The notes: generated by a model from the sequence alone, not told the origin. A stretch of 52,837 bases of DNA from a virus (IMGVR_UViG_3300044213_000047:1-52837); one strand, 5' to 3'; shown: positions 34,573 to 44,913, numbered from the stretch's first letter. Numbers and translations: made by a program.

Positions 34573-36096
34573 TTAGTTACCTTGTCTAACTGTAATTGTT
34601 CCGCACCCAGCAGAACTCGTACAAGTTTGGTTTATACTATAAACCTGACCACCAGTCTGAGTTAGGTTTAGAGATGTTGGACCGCCAGAGTTATTTAGCA
34701 CAATTGTAGCTGCATTCGATCCAGTTGCCCCAGTATTACTTTGGGATATTGTAGCGGAGTTACTATTTCCAGTCAATGTTACATCACTGAAGTGGGTAGA
34801 TGTTCCCTGTTGGGTTACGCTAAGTGTATTGCTACTACCATTTACGACGTTGAAACTTTGTTGAGGAGCTGAACCAGTCTGATAAACGCCAACGTTATTC
34901 GCATTACCAGAAATAGCAATCTGAGTGTAATTTCCAACTGTTAGGTTAGTTGTTTGTTGTTGAGTAGTTACACTGTTGGAACTACCATTAATTTGTAGAC
35001 CAAGATAGTGATGACCAGCATCAGTTCCAGTACCATTACCGTTAGTATCAGTTCCTTGATTCAAATTTAATGTATTTCCACCACCACCGAGAACATCAAC
35101 TTGCATTAAATTGTGGGTACTTGCAGTATTGTTCGGGTCGCCTTGACGCATAGTTATGTTGTTGTTACCACCACGAATAAGAACTGCGTTTTGTGTGTAG
35201 CCAGTTATTGCGTTATACTTTGTATTCTGGTTGATAGTAACTCTATCATTATTTCCGACCTGATCAATATAAATTGAATTTGATGTTATAGCATTAACAT
35301 ATGATTGATCAAGTGCCATCAACGCACTTTCAGAAGTCGTAATGCTACTTGAATATGTTGGAGCAGTGCTACCACCACCTGTATCTGGAGGTGGAGTTGG
35401 TGCACCACCTGTTCCTTGAGTAGCTTGAGGTGTGGCAGCAGCAGTGAACCCTGATGTTGTTACTGGTGTGCAGTTGAAAATGTTTGAACCAGCAGCACAT
35501 GCGCCAGCATAAACACCAATCATAATTGATGGGTTTGAATAGGAATTTGTTCCATCTGAATAGAAACTAAAATTATATGTAGTTCCAGCAGTAGCGTTAA
35601 ATCCTTGATAGATACCATCATAACTACCAACAGCACCATCAATCCAAGAACCAGAAGTTCCAGTATTAACTCCAAGTCCCGCAGTAGTTGACCCCATCCA
35701 TCCACTTCCTGGACCGTACCACATACCAGCAGCTGGTGGTGCGCCAGCTGAACTTTGATACCAAACACCCCAATCAGCTGGTGCCTGTAAACCGTATTGG
35801 CTTACATTACCGCCATATTGTAAATTTGGGTTATTTAGTAAGTTAGTCGTGCTTCCCTGCGCAGTTAGTTTGAAACTACCCACGCTCCAATATCCAGGAT
35901 CTTGACGAAACGCTAGACCGATATAATCAACACCAGTCGTTGGTGCAGTATATGAATAAGAGAATTGTTGATATATTCCAGTGGCAGTTTGATTAACTGT
36001 TCCGATATAACCAGAGGGTAGATTCTGTGCTTGTGCTCTTGGAGTGCAGAATCCAACTAACCCAGCAACGAGAAACGATAGTAATACCTTAACCAT
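34573..36096 (-). CDS. secreted protein with C-terminal curlin-like repeats
   Basis: IYIDQVGNN and repeated N-x5-Q-x-G. Confidence 0.7.
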   Translation of the reverse strand: MVKVLLSFLVAGLVGFCTPRAQAQNLPSGYIGTVNQTATGIYQQFSYSYTAPTTGVDYIGLAFRQDPGYWSVGSFKLTAQGSTTNLLNNPNLQYGGNVSQYGLQAPADWGVWYQSSAGAPPAAGMWYGPGSGWMGSTTAGLGVNTGTSGSWIDGAVGSYDGIYQGFNATAGTTYNFSFYSDGTNSYSNPSIMIGVYAGACAAGSNIFNCTPVTTSGFTAAATPQATQGTGGAPTPPPDTGGGSTAPTYSSSITTSESALMALDQSYVNAITSNSIYIDQVGNNDRVTINQNTKYNAITGYTQNAVLIRGGNNNITMRQGDPNNTASTHNLMQVDVLGGGGNTLNLNQGTDTNGNGTGTDAGHHYLGLQINGSSNSVTTQQQTTNLTVGNYTQIAISGNANNVGVYQTGSAPQQSFNVVNGSSNTLSVTQQGTSTHFSDVTLTGNSNSATISQSNTGATGSNAATIVLNNSGGPTSLNLTQTGGQVYSINQTCTSSAGCGTITVRQGN

Positions 36097-37214
36097 TAAT
36101 TCTGTCTCAATGTTATTATTGTGTTACCACCTTGATTAACACGATTGTGAATTGTCACTGAACCTTGTGTCTGATAGATCGAAGAGTTTTGATCTTTAGG
36201 GACAGTTACGCACTGTATATTCGAACCATCACTTCTACACAATCCAACTGTACTTGAACCAATAGTTGCAACTACACCTGTTTCCTTTTTATAATCAGGA
36301 AGAATGTTATTCTGTGGAGTCAATACGTTTTGAAGTAAAGCAGCCTGTTCATCTTGTAACTGTTGAGCCAAGATGTCAAAGATATCTGCTAAGAAGTATT
36401 GTTGTAGTAATGGTTGCGTTAAAGGATTATCACCGAATGGAGTTTGTCCACTTAATTCATCCTTTAAGAAATCTTGTTTCAAAAAATTAACTGTTAACAT
36501 ATTTCCTGAAGTATTTAACACAGTGGTCTTATTAACTTCAGACTCTTTAGTAAATTCTTTTGGTGGTGATACAATTAACAGATTATTAATAACATCAGCA
36601 GTTAAATGTAGAATAGTCGGTTTCAATGGTGGCATATTTCTTGCTGTTACTTTAGTTCCCTCGAATGGTTTATTTAGAGTCACCATCCCAGCATCTGTTA
36701 TAACATCAATGATTCCAGTTTTACAATCACGATCGATATCTACCCAAGTTTTTGGGCACGATGGTAGTAGAATGATTGTTGATGTACCAACTTCGTCAAC
36801 TGTTGCTGTGAAGTCAGTACCACGAACTGCGATAGTGGCAGTTGGTGTATTGATTGCTACTTTAGATGGGTCATTATGAGCGATAGCACCAGAAGCGTAT
36901 TTAACTGTGCCTTGCGCAAACTTCATTGCGAGTTTGCCACTCTTTGAAGATTTGGGATCATAAACGAAATCGTCAATTACCAATTTCGAATTTTCGTTCA
37001 CTTCAACTTTAGTATCATCAGCGAACGTAATACCAACCTTACCTTTGGCGGTATTAATAGTGTCGTTCATTTCGATACCAGCACCTTTCAATGCTGATGA
37101 AGATTTACCAGAACGAACAATGGATCCAGGGACGGCTACCTGTTCGGTAACTGTCCCTATCCCCGCATAACAATTAAATGATATCAAAAATAAACATAAC
37201 CATATACGTTTCAT
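36096..37214 (-). CDS. FecR-domain secreted protein
   Basis: ENSKLVIDDFVYDP, TPTATIAVRGTDF. Confidence 0.85.
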   Translation of the reverse strand: MKRIWLCLFLISFNCYAGIGTVTEQVAVPGSIVRSGKSSSALKGAGIEMNDTINTAKGKVGITFADDTKVEVNENSKLVIDDFVYDPKSSKSGKLAMKFAQGTVKYASGAIAHNDPSKVAINTPTATIAVRGTDFTATVDEVGTSTIILLPSCPKTWVDIDRDCKTGIIDVITDAGMVTLNKPFEGTKVTARNMPPLKPTILHLTADVINNLLIVSPPKEFTKESEVNKTTVLNTSGNMLTVNFLKQDFLKDELSGQTPFGDNPLTQPLLQQYFLADIFDILAQQLQDEQAALLQNVLTPQNNILPDYKKETGVVATIGSSTVGLCRSDGSNIQCVTVPKDQNSSIYQTQGSVTIHNRVNQGGNTIITLRQN

Positions 37215-38098
37215 TAGTGTGCTTTAGTTGTAATTAAAAATGTATTGTTGCTTCCAACTGATTGCACATTTACTGTTGTGTTAGCAGTGTTTGCTTGTTG
37301 AACGATATTAGCAGTGTTACCAGAACCATTCAATGCTAGCACTGTTGTGTTAGTATAAGCACTTGTACCAGTTTGTTGAATGTCAACAGTATTGCTTGCG
37401 CCTTGAACAGTAACAGTAGCAGTACCGTTATAGTTTTGTGTTGAAGCTCCGATAGTTCCAAGGTTGATAGCTGAGTTGTTAACAGCACTACCACCAACAC
37501 CTTGATTGATCTCAACTGTATTAGTACCACCACCTGTTACGCTAACAGATTGAGTATTACCATTACCGTTTACAGTTGATAGGAAAGCATTCCCAGAACC
37601 ACCAGCAGTGGTAGCAGTTACATTATTGTTTGTTCCTAAAATGTTTACATTAGAAACAGAACTGTTACCAGACTGGTTGATTGTTAAGTTGTTACTTGCG
37701 CTGGTATTTTGACCATCGTTATTACTGTCGATAGTTGCTGTACTGTTGTTGCCAGTAACAGTATAGCTATAGTTATTACCAGTCATACCGTTAGCAACTG
37801 TTGTATTGATGCCCATATTCAAGATGTTACCAGTACCAACCTGATCAACTACAACTGATTGGTTGTTACCAGTTAAACGAACAGGAGTTGTATTACCAGT
37901 ACCAGTACCTGTTCCTTGAATACCACGAACAACGTTACCAGCACCGTCTTGAGTAACAGTCACAGTAGAGTTACTACCAGACTGATCAATGTAGATGCTG
38001 TTATCTGCAGCGTATACCATTAATGGAATTCCAGCCATTAACAGACTTGCAATTAGTTTTCTCGGCAAATTGCCAGTGCCTGTCATTCTTTTAAACAT
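37214..38098 (-). CDS. curlin-repeat protein (CsgA/B-like)
   Basis: NSIYIDQSGSNSTVTVTQDG repeats. Confidence 0.75.
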   Translation of the reverse strand: MFKRMTGTGNLPRKLIASLLMAGIPLMVYAADNSIYIDQSGSNSTVTVTQDGAGNVVRGIQGTGTGTGNTTPVRLTGNNQSVVVDQVGTGNILNMGINTTVANGMTGNNYSYTVTGNNSTATIDSNNDGQNTSASNNLTINQSGNSSVSNVNILGTNNNVTATTAGGSGNAFLSTVNGNGNTQSVSVTGGGTNTVEINQGVGGSAVNNSAINLGTIGASTQNYNGTATVTVQGASNTVDIQQTGTSAYTNTTVLALNGSGNTANIVQQANTANTTVNVQSVGSNNTFLITTKAH

Positions 38099-38100
38099 TT

Positions 38101-38901
38101 TTATTTTTCCTCTTTAGGTTTTCTGTATTCCCAGATTCCTTTGCGTTCTCCTTCTCTAATCAACTCAACGACTGCTGCTTCAACAGATGTTTTAATGGCA
38201 AGTGTTCCTGGCTCATTAATAGTTAAACCTGTTTCTGCTTCGAATAATTGTGTACCATCCTGGAATGCTTTCAACATAGCGAACGAATCTGCTGTTGAAT
38301 AGACTGTTTTAGTTACAGTTACTGTCGCTAAAACTTTACCAGTGCTTACGCTAACTGCTCGTAAACTTATAGTTACGATATCTTTACTGTATTGTGTCTG
38401 TGGTCCAATACCTAACCATCTATATGCAGCACCACCCGATTCTGTTGATGAATCATAACCGATGATGCCACCTTCCATAATAATACCTGCGAACTGTAAT
38501 GGTGCTAGAGGTCTAGCATCTTTACCTTCATATTGTGTTCTCATTTGTTGAATAATAGTTCTTTCTTTAACTAGATTATCAACGCTAACACGTTCAACTA
38601 CATCAAACCATTGACCATAGCCAACGTCTTGAAGAGCTTTAATTAAAAATGGTTCAGCACCTTGAGTTACTGCTGTGCTGAAACTGGCGTAATTGCTAAC
38701 TGCCTTACGCTGCCCTGTCATATCTTTAAATGAATATACAGCAACAGTTATTTTAGAACTGTTTGGTGGTTGAATACTATCAAATTCTTTTTGTAGTTTT
38801 GTTTGCGCAACTTCAGGTTTATATTCAACACCCATTTTTTGAGTAATTGCGCAACCACTCATTAAAGAAATCATGGCGAGGGCGAGAAGTGTTTTCTTCA
38901 T
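38101..38901 (-). CDS. csgG: curli secretion pore CsgG
   Basis: Lipobox; VAVYSFKDMTGQRK, FSTAVTQGA, WFDVVER, EGGIIGYDS. Confidence 0.92.
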   Translation of the reverse strand: MKKTLLALAMISLMSGCAITQKMGVEYKPEVAQTKLQKEFDSIQPPNSSKITVAVYSFKDMTGQRKAVSNYASFSTAVTQGAEPFLIKALQDVGYGQWFDVVERVSVDNLVKERTIIQQMRTQYEGKDARPLAPLQFAGIIMEGGIIGYDSSTESGGAAYRWLGIGPQTQYSKDIVTISLRAVSVSTGKVLATVTVTKTVYSTADSFAMLKAFQDGTQLFEAETGLTINEPGTLAIKTSVEAAVVELIREGERKGIWEYRKPKEEK

Positions 38902-38902
38902 C

Positions 38903-39376
38903 TTAGTGTCCTGTCATGTTAAATTGTGCTGTCGGAATAGTAATGTTACTAGTTCCACTTGGTTGTGTTACTTGCATTACGATGTTTGTGCCAGACCACC
39001 ACCAGCTAATGCTAGTTGTTGGGTCAAACTGAAACGTACATGCAGAAGAAGATACACAGGTGCTAGAACTACCACTAAACATAGCAGTAGCAGTGTTCTG
39101 AGAAATCTGTGCGTATATTCTTGACTCAAGGTTTGTCAAGAATTGATTGATTGGTGTATTAGCAGCATCAGTTTTAGCTTGTTGGGCTGCAGCTTGAACA
39201 GCCTGATTGATTGCTTGCTGACGTGTGAATTGTTCGTTCTCAATAGTAAGAACGTATGTGCCATATCCGTTGCCAGTAAAAGCTGGAGATTTAAATGTGA
39301 AATCGTTTAGGGGTGCTGCTAGAGCGAGGTTACTGATTAACCCCAGTGCTATTGTTATCTTTTTTAGATGTGTCAT
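38903..39376 (-). CDS. csgF: curli assembly factor CsgF-like
   Basis: Signal peptide then FTFKSPAFTGNG; FLTNLESRIYAQ; adjacent to csgG. Confidence 0.75.
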   Translation of the reverse strand: MTHLKKITIALGLISNLALAAPLNDFTFKSPAFTGNGYGTYVLTIENEQFTRQQAINQAVQAAAQQAKTDAANTPINQFLTNLESRIYAQISQNTATAMFSGSSSTCVSSSACTFQFDPTTSISWWWSGTNIVMQVTQPSGTSNITIPTAQFNMTGH

Positions 39377-39617
39377 TTTTTATGTTTCCGTTTTCGCGCA
39401 ACGATAAAATGACATTCACCTTTTGATTCAGTCTAATTAGGTCATTATCCAACATACGGATACGATCAATAAGAGCTATTAAAACATTATTTGCTTCAGT
39501 CGTTACTGGTTTAATATCTTTGGTTGCCCATTCCCATACATAAAATATGAGGTAACCCATTCCACCTGCAGCGACAATAGGGAAACCATATTTGTTAATT
39601 AATGATACAAAATCCAT
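39330..39617 (-). CDS. small membrane/coiled-coil protein
   Basis: GFPIVAA...LDNDLIRL. Confidence 0.65.
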   Translation of the reverse strand: MDFVSLINKYGFPIVAAGGMGYLIFYVWEWATKDIKPVTTEANNVLIALIDRIRMLDNDLIRLNQKVNVILSLRENGNIKNDTSKKDNNSTGVNQ

Positions 39618-39892
39618 TAATCTCTCCTTGCATCTGATTGCTCTGCTCGAGCAATGCGATCTAGATCAGGAGGTATACCCAAAGCATGACTAACCTTCGT
39701 GTCAATTCGAATCACATCGTGGTTCATAGCTGCCACACGTTTATCTAAAGCTGTAATAATACCAGCCATACTCTTAACAGCTGATGTAACACCAGCCAAA
39801 ATAAACTTTAATGTTAAGAATACGAAGTACCCAGCAGCCATTGCAGCTGCAATTGGGAACCCTACTTCCGCTATGATTTTTATAAAATCCAT
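39617..39892 (-). CDS. small membrane/coiled-coil protein (paralogue of neighbour)
   Basis: GFPIAAA...MNHDVIRI. Confidence 0.65.
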   Translation of the reverse strand: MDFIKIIAEVGFPIAAAMAAGYFVFLTLKFILAGVTSAVKSMAGIITALDKRVAAMNHDVIRIDTKVSHALGIPPDLDRIARAEQSDARRD

Positions 39893-39927
39893 TTCTACCC
39901 GATTAATAGTCCAAACTACATTAGAAC

Positions 39928-39934
39928 TATTTAG
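39928..39934 (-). promoter_or_regulatory. late-promoter-like box ahead of curli operon
   Basis: CTAAATA, recurring at several intergenic sites. Confidence 0.5.
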
Positions 39935-39947
39935 GCATATTTCCCGT

Positions 39948-40502
39948 TTACAAGAAATTGTAATTGAGGACTATACGAACTTTATTTTGAATTGGGGGTT
40001 GCCCACAGTGTAAGGTCTTTCCATCGAACAAGACGAATCGACCACGCATAGCTGTAATTATGTCTACAACTTCACGATTTTCGTCAAATGTAATGGTCGC
40101 TCCATCAGAGTCATTTACGTAATATATCAGAACTTTATGGTTCTCATAAGAATCGTAATGTGGAGTCATGTACTGCGTTGTTGTGGCATTTGATTGCAGG
40201 CTGAGGTTAGCCTTACATCTGAATAATGACTTTATTTTAATCCCTGTTTTACTACAGAATTTATCTAAAATGGCAGCTGCATGAACCCAGTGCTGGGAAT
40301 TCTGCCTACCATTATTAAACAGGAAATTTGTCATTTGTGGTGGTTCGATGGTGTTCTTGTCAGAGAACTGTTCCACCACATTTTTAGTAACTGACGCATA
40401 GTTGTCAGCTGTCGATAAGAACCATGGTATTTGAATAAACCTTGATTCTAACTCTTTACTCTCTTCATCAGTTAGAATATCATCATAAACTTGGACCGAC
40501 AT
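39948..40502 (-). CDS. 2OG-Fe(II) oxygenase
   Basis: PHYD, YYVNDSDG, FDG..LH, RIVLNYN. Confidence 0.8.
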   Translation of the reverse strand: MSVQVYDDILTDEESKELESRFIQIPWFLSTADNYASVTKNVVEQFSDKNTIEPPQMTNFLFNNGRQNSQHWVHAAAILDKFCSKTGIKIKSLFRCKANLSLQSNATTTQYMTPHYDSYENHKVLIYYVNDSDGATITFDENREVVDIITAMRGRFVLFDGKTLHCGQPPIQNKVRIVLNYNFL

Positions 40503-41529
40503 AAACCCTCTTCGCTATTGGATGATCAGCATACTGTATATCAATTTTAACTATGTCCGATGTTTGGACTTCGTCACTAATACTCAAATCTAAAGTTTCA
40601 TCATTAGTTACTGGTTCAGTTTGTTCGGGAAGATCTTTTTTTTTAAAGAATTCTTTTATGATGTTTTTAGATTCCTCGGGTAGAGGTTCTGGTTCTGGCT
40701 CTGGAGTTGGATCTGGAAAAGTAACATCAGCAACCCAAGCATCTGGTTTATACGATTGATATTCGTTTTCTATAACTTCAGGTTCTTTTTGTTTTTGATT
40801 CCAGTTAGCAGCAACTAACAGTAAAACTGCCAACGGATCAAAAACAATAACAATCATTATAATAACAACCCTAACTGCTTTTTCTAAAATATCAGCATCT
40901 GGGTTATCGCCATAGATTATTGCTGCGATGTACTTGATTGGTCCGACTTCTGCTTCGACTTTACGGTTTTCGGCTGCGATTGGCGCACGCTCTTCGTTGT
41001 ACTTGGCGATCTTGGTTTGCGTGTCACCGATTTCTTTGAGGATTCTGGCTCTGTCTTTTTGCTGTCCTCTACGGATGGCGATGGCTCGCTCGGCACCTTT
41101 GTCGTCGGTTGTTCTACTGATGGTTTGATCAACTTGTTGATCCAGTTGAGTAAGTTCTTTACGGCTCGCATCTAGGTTCTCCTTCTCTGTTTTAATTTTT
41201 TCATCAATTAACGCCAACTTAGCAGCAACATCACCAGTTGGAACTGCTTGATCTAAATGTGCCTTCGATAGATATCCAAAGATTCCCATCGAAGTAAGCA
41301 TCATTAATACAACAAGAGCAACTGTAAAATAGCTCTTCATTAAAATAGGGATTTTCTTCCACGAGCGATATAACCATGAAGCAACTACAAGTTTAGACGC
41401 TTCTAATAATGACCCCATAATAAAAATCGGAATGGGTGCTGCCGCAAAGATTGCTAGCAATCCCATAACCGAGTAGTAAGCAGCACAGGCAGATAAACCT
41501 AATGCTGATGCAAATAATAGATACGTCAT
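40483..41529 (-). CDS. membrane protein with coiled coil, conserved in large phages
   Basis: TSMGIFGYLSKAH, EVGPIKY, VFDPLAV. Confidence 0.7.
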   Translation of the reverse strand: MTYLLFASALGLSACAAYYSVMGLLAIFAAAPIPIFIMGSLLEASKLVVASWLYRSWKKIPILMKSYFTVALVVLMMLTSMGIFGYLSKAHLDQAVPTGDVAAKLALIDEKIKTEKENLDASRKELTQLDQQVDQTISRTTDDKGAERAIAIRRGQQKDRARILKEIGDTQTKIAKYNEERAPIAAENRKVEAEVGPIKYIAAIIYGDNPDADILEKAVRVVIIMIVIVFDPLAVLLLVAANWNQKQKEPEVIENEYQSYKPDAWVADVTFPDPTPEPEPEPLPEESKNIIKEFFKKKDLPEQTEPVTNDETLDLSISDEVQTSDIVKIDIQYADHPIAKRVYVGPSL

Positions 41530-41951
41530 AGTTTATTTAATATATGCCCTTTATGCACTCTAACTGAAATCTGACCATTATAGTATTCTTCAGTTTCCAT
41601 TACCCTTCTAGAAAACTGTTCTCTTGCTTCTATATAACTACACTCTGCTTTAGATTTGCAGAAAAATAAAATTTCTCGGGTGAAGTTATCCTTCCCGAGA
41701 TTCTCTACATCTTTATTTAACTCTATACTGGAACCATAATACTCCATCCAATCAGAGTCAATTTTACTCTTGACTTTCTTTTTCTTCTTGGTTCCGTTTT
41801 TTAATTTTACAGTTTTATAGGTTGTCCTAGAAAACTTTGCTAACTTTTTACCAATATATTTACGACTATTCGTCAGGTTCGTTATTTGATAAACGAACCC
41901 AACGCAGTCTTCAGGTAATGTTTCGATGATTTGATTTTGATAAGTCCACAT
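41526..41951 (-). CDS. GIY-YIG nuclease
   Basis: GFVYQITN...KYIGKK, YYGSS, YYN; TATAAATA at 41959-41966. Confidence 0.85.
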   Translation of the reverse strand: MWTYQNQIIETLPEDCVGFVYQITNLTNSRKYIGKKLAKFSRTTYKTVKLKNGTKKKKKVKSKIDSDWMEYYGSSIELNKDVENLGKDNFTREILFFCKSKAECSYIEAREQFSRRVMETEEYYNGQISVRVHKGHILNKL

Positions 41952-41982
41952 AGTAGACTATTTATATCAACCATCCCAGCCC

Positions 41983-42132
41983 TCATTCTTCCTCATCATA
42001 CTCTTCTTCCTCGTAGATGTCAGCAGAGCAAACTGGACAATAGACAATGTCTTCTAATTTATGATCATCTCCCTTTATCATAATTTTACCATTCGCTCCA
42101 CACTCTTCACATTCAAAGTGTTTTGTTGTCAT
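41983..42132 (-). CDS. small zinc-ribbon protein, absent from ORF track
   Basis: CEEC...CPVC with acidic tail, 49 aa. Confidence 0.7.
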   Translation of the reverse strand: MTTKHFECEECGANGKIMIKGDDHKLEDIVYCPVCSADIYEEEEYDEEE

Positions 42133-43121
42133 TATGCTGCCTTTCCCCATACGTCTGACCAAGAACCTGACAAGGCACCCTTGGCGTAATCTGTTACTCT
42201 ATTCTCAAAGAAGTTACCATGCACTGGAGCATTAATCATTTCTTCAACCCAAGGCAATGGATTTTTCTTAACTTTGAAAATACCCTTCATACCCAATGAG
42301 ATCAAACGACGATCTGCGATATAACGAATATATTGCTTAACGTCTGCTGCAGATAATTCTCTCATATCTCCAGTCGCATAGCAAAGGTCAATGAACTTAT
42401 CTTCAAGTTCTACCATCTTTTCAGCGATAGTGTATATTTTACCCTTTAATTCGTCATTCCAGATTTCTGGATTTTCTTTGATATATTCTTTAAAGAGTTT
42501 AATCATTGACTCGGCATGCATTGTTTCATCAACAATAGACCAAGTAACGATCTGTCCCATTCCCTTCATCAAGCCATGACGAGGAAAATTAAGAAGCATA
42601 ATGAAACTACTAAACAACTGCATACCTTCGGTAAAAGCAGAGAAGATAGCGATGTGTTGCGCAGTCGATTCGATAGTGCCATTCTTCGAACTTTGTTCGA
42701 CAACATATTCGTGTTTATCCTTCATTTCTTGGTATTCTAAGAACTCGTTATAAGTTGACTCAGGCATACCAAGTGTTTCGATTAAGTGACTGTATGCTGC
42801 GATATGTAGTGCTTCTCGAGCAGCAAACCCTGATAGCATCATACGAATTTCAGGCTGTGGGAAATATGGAAGATAATTCTTTACATATCCACCAGCAACA
42901 TCAATATCACCTTGCGTGAAGAAACGAAAAATGTTCGTCAAAAATTGTTTTTCTTCAGCAGTTAATTTCTTTTTCCAATCTTTAACATCCTCAGCCATCG
43001 GTACTTCAGAGTGTAGCCAATGCGCTTGCTCATGTTTGAGCCACGCTTCATATGCCCATGGATAATTGAATGGCTTAAAGTAAGTTCGTTCATCGGTCAT
43101 TCTTGTTTTATTTTTTACCAT
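42132..43121 (-). CDS. nrdB: class Ia ribonucleotide reductase beta subunit
   Basis: FFTQGD, EALHIAAY, EGMQLFSSF, DETMH, NFFE. Confidence 0.95.
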   Translation of the reverse strand: MVKNKTRMTDERTYFKPFNYPWAYEAWLKHEQAHWLHSEVPMAEDVKDWKKKLTAEEKQFLTNIFRFFTQGDIDVAGGYVKNYLPYFPQPEIRMMLSGFAAREALHIAAYSHLIETLGMPESTYNEFLEYQEMKDKHEYVVEQSSKNGTIESTAQHIAIFSAFTEGMQLFSSFIMLLNFPRHGLMKGMGQIVTWSIVDETMHAESMIKLFKEYIKENPEIWNDELKGKIYTIAEKMVELEDKFIDLCYATGDMRELSAADVKQYIRYIADRRLISLGMKGIFKVKKNPLPWVEEMINAPVHGNFFENRVTDYAKGALSGSWSDVWGKAA

Positions 43122-43122
43122 T

Positions 43123-43716
43123 TTATTTCCTATTGAAAAATATGTTGAACGAAAAACTAATTCGTTCTTGTTCTGTCTCGTTTAAAGTTATACCATGACT
43201 CAACCATCCAGGAAATAAAACTAATTTCCCAACACTTGGTGGATGAACAAACATGGTATTATGATATGAATGATATGTTGAAGTATCACCAGCAAGGTTA
43301 GGTGATTGGAAATATAAATTTCCGTCGCGACCATTTGTTTTATAGTAATAACAACCAGAAATGTCAGCATCACCATGGTGGTGACACATACCAAAATCAC
43401 CTTTATCAAATCGGGTAAACCAAGAAGTTATTCTGTAATCACTAAACGGCATTCTCAATTCATCTAGATATTTCTTTAAATGAATTTCCATATTTCGTTT
43501 AAAGTTTAGTAGATTATATTTCTCTACTTCATCACTATCAAAATGTGCAGTTGATATCTTGTGAGTTCTTCCCCAATCAATTCCACCAACTTTATTCCAA
43601 CTAGTCTGATCAACAGCAAGTTTCATCTCTTGCTGTATGGTCGGATCCTGTAATAAACAAGTATATATTACTGTTGGAAATATGTGTTGTACTTTAAATG
43701 GATCTTCCATTATCAA
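43123..43716 (-). CDS. putative 2OG-Fe(II) oxygenase (TIGR02466-like)
   Basis: HHH, SGCYY, FPGWLSH, RISFSFN. Confidence 0.8.
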   Translation of the reverse strand: MIMEDPFKVQHIFPTVIYTCLLQDPTIQQEMKLAVDQTSWNKVGGIDWGRTHKISTAHFDSDEVEKYNLLNFKRNMEIHLKKYLDELRMPFSDYRITSWFTRFDKGDFGMCHHHGDADISGCYYYKTNGRDGNLYFQSPNLAGDTSTYHSYHNTMFVHPPSVGKLVLFPGWLSHGITLNETEQERISFSFNIFFNRK

Positions 43717-44345
43717 CCTTCACATGCCAAACAAACAGATTCATCACCAGTCATAGCATGCAAGTCGATCTCTTTAATAACTTCACGTTCGATCTTCTTA
43801 GCAACTTTATCTGCTTTAGCGATCTTGTCTGAACGACAATAGTACATAGTCTTTAGCTTCAATTTCCATGCCATAAAGTGAACAGCATGAATGTATTTAA
43901 TATTAGAATCAGGACGGAAGAATACATTTAAGGATTGCGCCTGATCAATGTATTCTTGTCGATCGGCAGCATGCTGGATAACCCAACGCTGGTCAATTTC
44001 CATAGAAGTCTTGAATACATCTTTAGTCCAGTCGTCCATCCATGTCAGATGTTGTACGCTACCATCGTTGGCAATAATGCTACGCCAAATGTCTTCATAA
44101 TCCTCAGTGCTAATAGCACCTGTTCCATCATCTAGATGATCTTGAATAACCTTATCAAGATAACGATTCTTGTTTAAGTGCGAACCTGAAAGAGTATCTT
44201 GACGATACGCATTGGCACGATAAGGTTCAATACTAGGACTAGTATTCCCCATGAGAATGGAACTTGATGCGTTTGGTGCCACCGCCATTAAATGGGAAAA
44301 TCTATTCCCAACCCAATCAGGTTTTGTTATTTTTTTTACTTTCAT
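43713..44345 (-). CDS. nrdA: ribonucleotide reductase alpha, C-terminal fragment
   Basis: APNASSS, SIEP, DQAQSLN, KTMYY, C-terminal CLACEG. Confidence 0.9.
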   Translation of the reverse strand: MKVKKITKPDWVGNRFSHLMAVAPNASSSILMGNTSPSIEPYRANAYRQDTLSGSHLNKNRYLDKVIQDHLDDGTGAISTEDYEDIWRSIIANDGSVQHLTWMDDWTKDVFKTSMEIDQRWVIQHAADRQEYIDQAQSLNVFFRPDSNIKYIHAVHFMAWKLKLKTMYYCRSDKIAKADKVAKKIEREVIKEIDLHAMTGDESVCLACEG

Positions 44346-44608
44346 TTTTGTATTCCTAACAATTCTTTGATCAAAGTTTTCTTATCTTCAACACTCATAC
44401 CCAAGCCAAAGTGGGCATCAATCCTGTTGGCAATAATCATACCAGGACCAGACATTTTTGGTGCGTCATACTCATAGGCAATATCCATACATTCCCGAAC
44501 AATCAACAGGGCAAAAAGCGAATGGTCAAAGTCTGAGTAATCAGCATAGCCCCCAGGACCCCACTCCAATCCAGCCTGTTCAGCAAGTTCTTTAATTCGT
44601 TCGTTCAT
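44342..44608 (-). CDS. hypothetical protein (MNERIKELAEQAG type) inside nrdA
   Basis: Coupled ORF with ATGA overlaps. Confidence 0.7.
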   Translation of the reverse strand: MNERIKELAEQAGLEWGPGGYADYSDFDHSLFALLIVRECMDIAYEYDAPKMSGPGMIIANRIDAHFGLGMSVEDKKTLIKELLGIQK

Positions 44609-44913
44609 ACATTCCCCAATCCTATTCTACTATAACCCAACTTGGATTTAATCTCTTTACGGTCTTTGTTCTTCTCTGGTTTCCACGCTCTTGGGTCAAC
44701 AGTTTCGCCAGTAAGCACATAACGAAAGTCTGGATCATAAACCATGTGTCCTGATAAGTTCCATAATGGTTCACTGTTATATGGAAAAATACAACCACGG
44801 CACATACACCAACTCCAGCCCGTGTCAGTCATTACATTGCCGTTGACTGTGCCAACATACTTGACCACATTACCTTTGTGCATTTCTCTAACAGCTTCGT
44901 GATAGTCAATCAT
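44605..44913 (-). CDS. hypothetical protein inside nrdA
   Basis: Coupled ORF with ATGA overlaps. Confidence 0.65.
   Translation of the reverse strand: MIDYHEAVREMHKGNVVKYVGTVNGNVMTDTGWSWCMCRGCIFPYNSEPLWNLSGHMVYDPDFRYVLTGETVDPRAWKPEKNKDRKEIKSKLGYSRIGLGNV

Noticed and set aside
34573-38098. CRISPR array or DNA tandem repeat
   Set aside because: Repetitiveness is protein-level curlin repeats; no fixed repeat-spacer pattern seen anywhere in the window.
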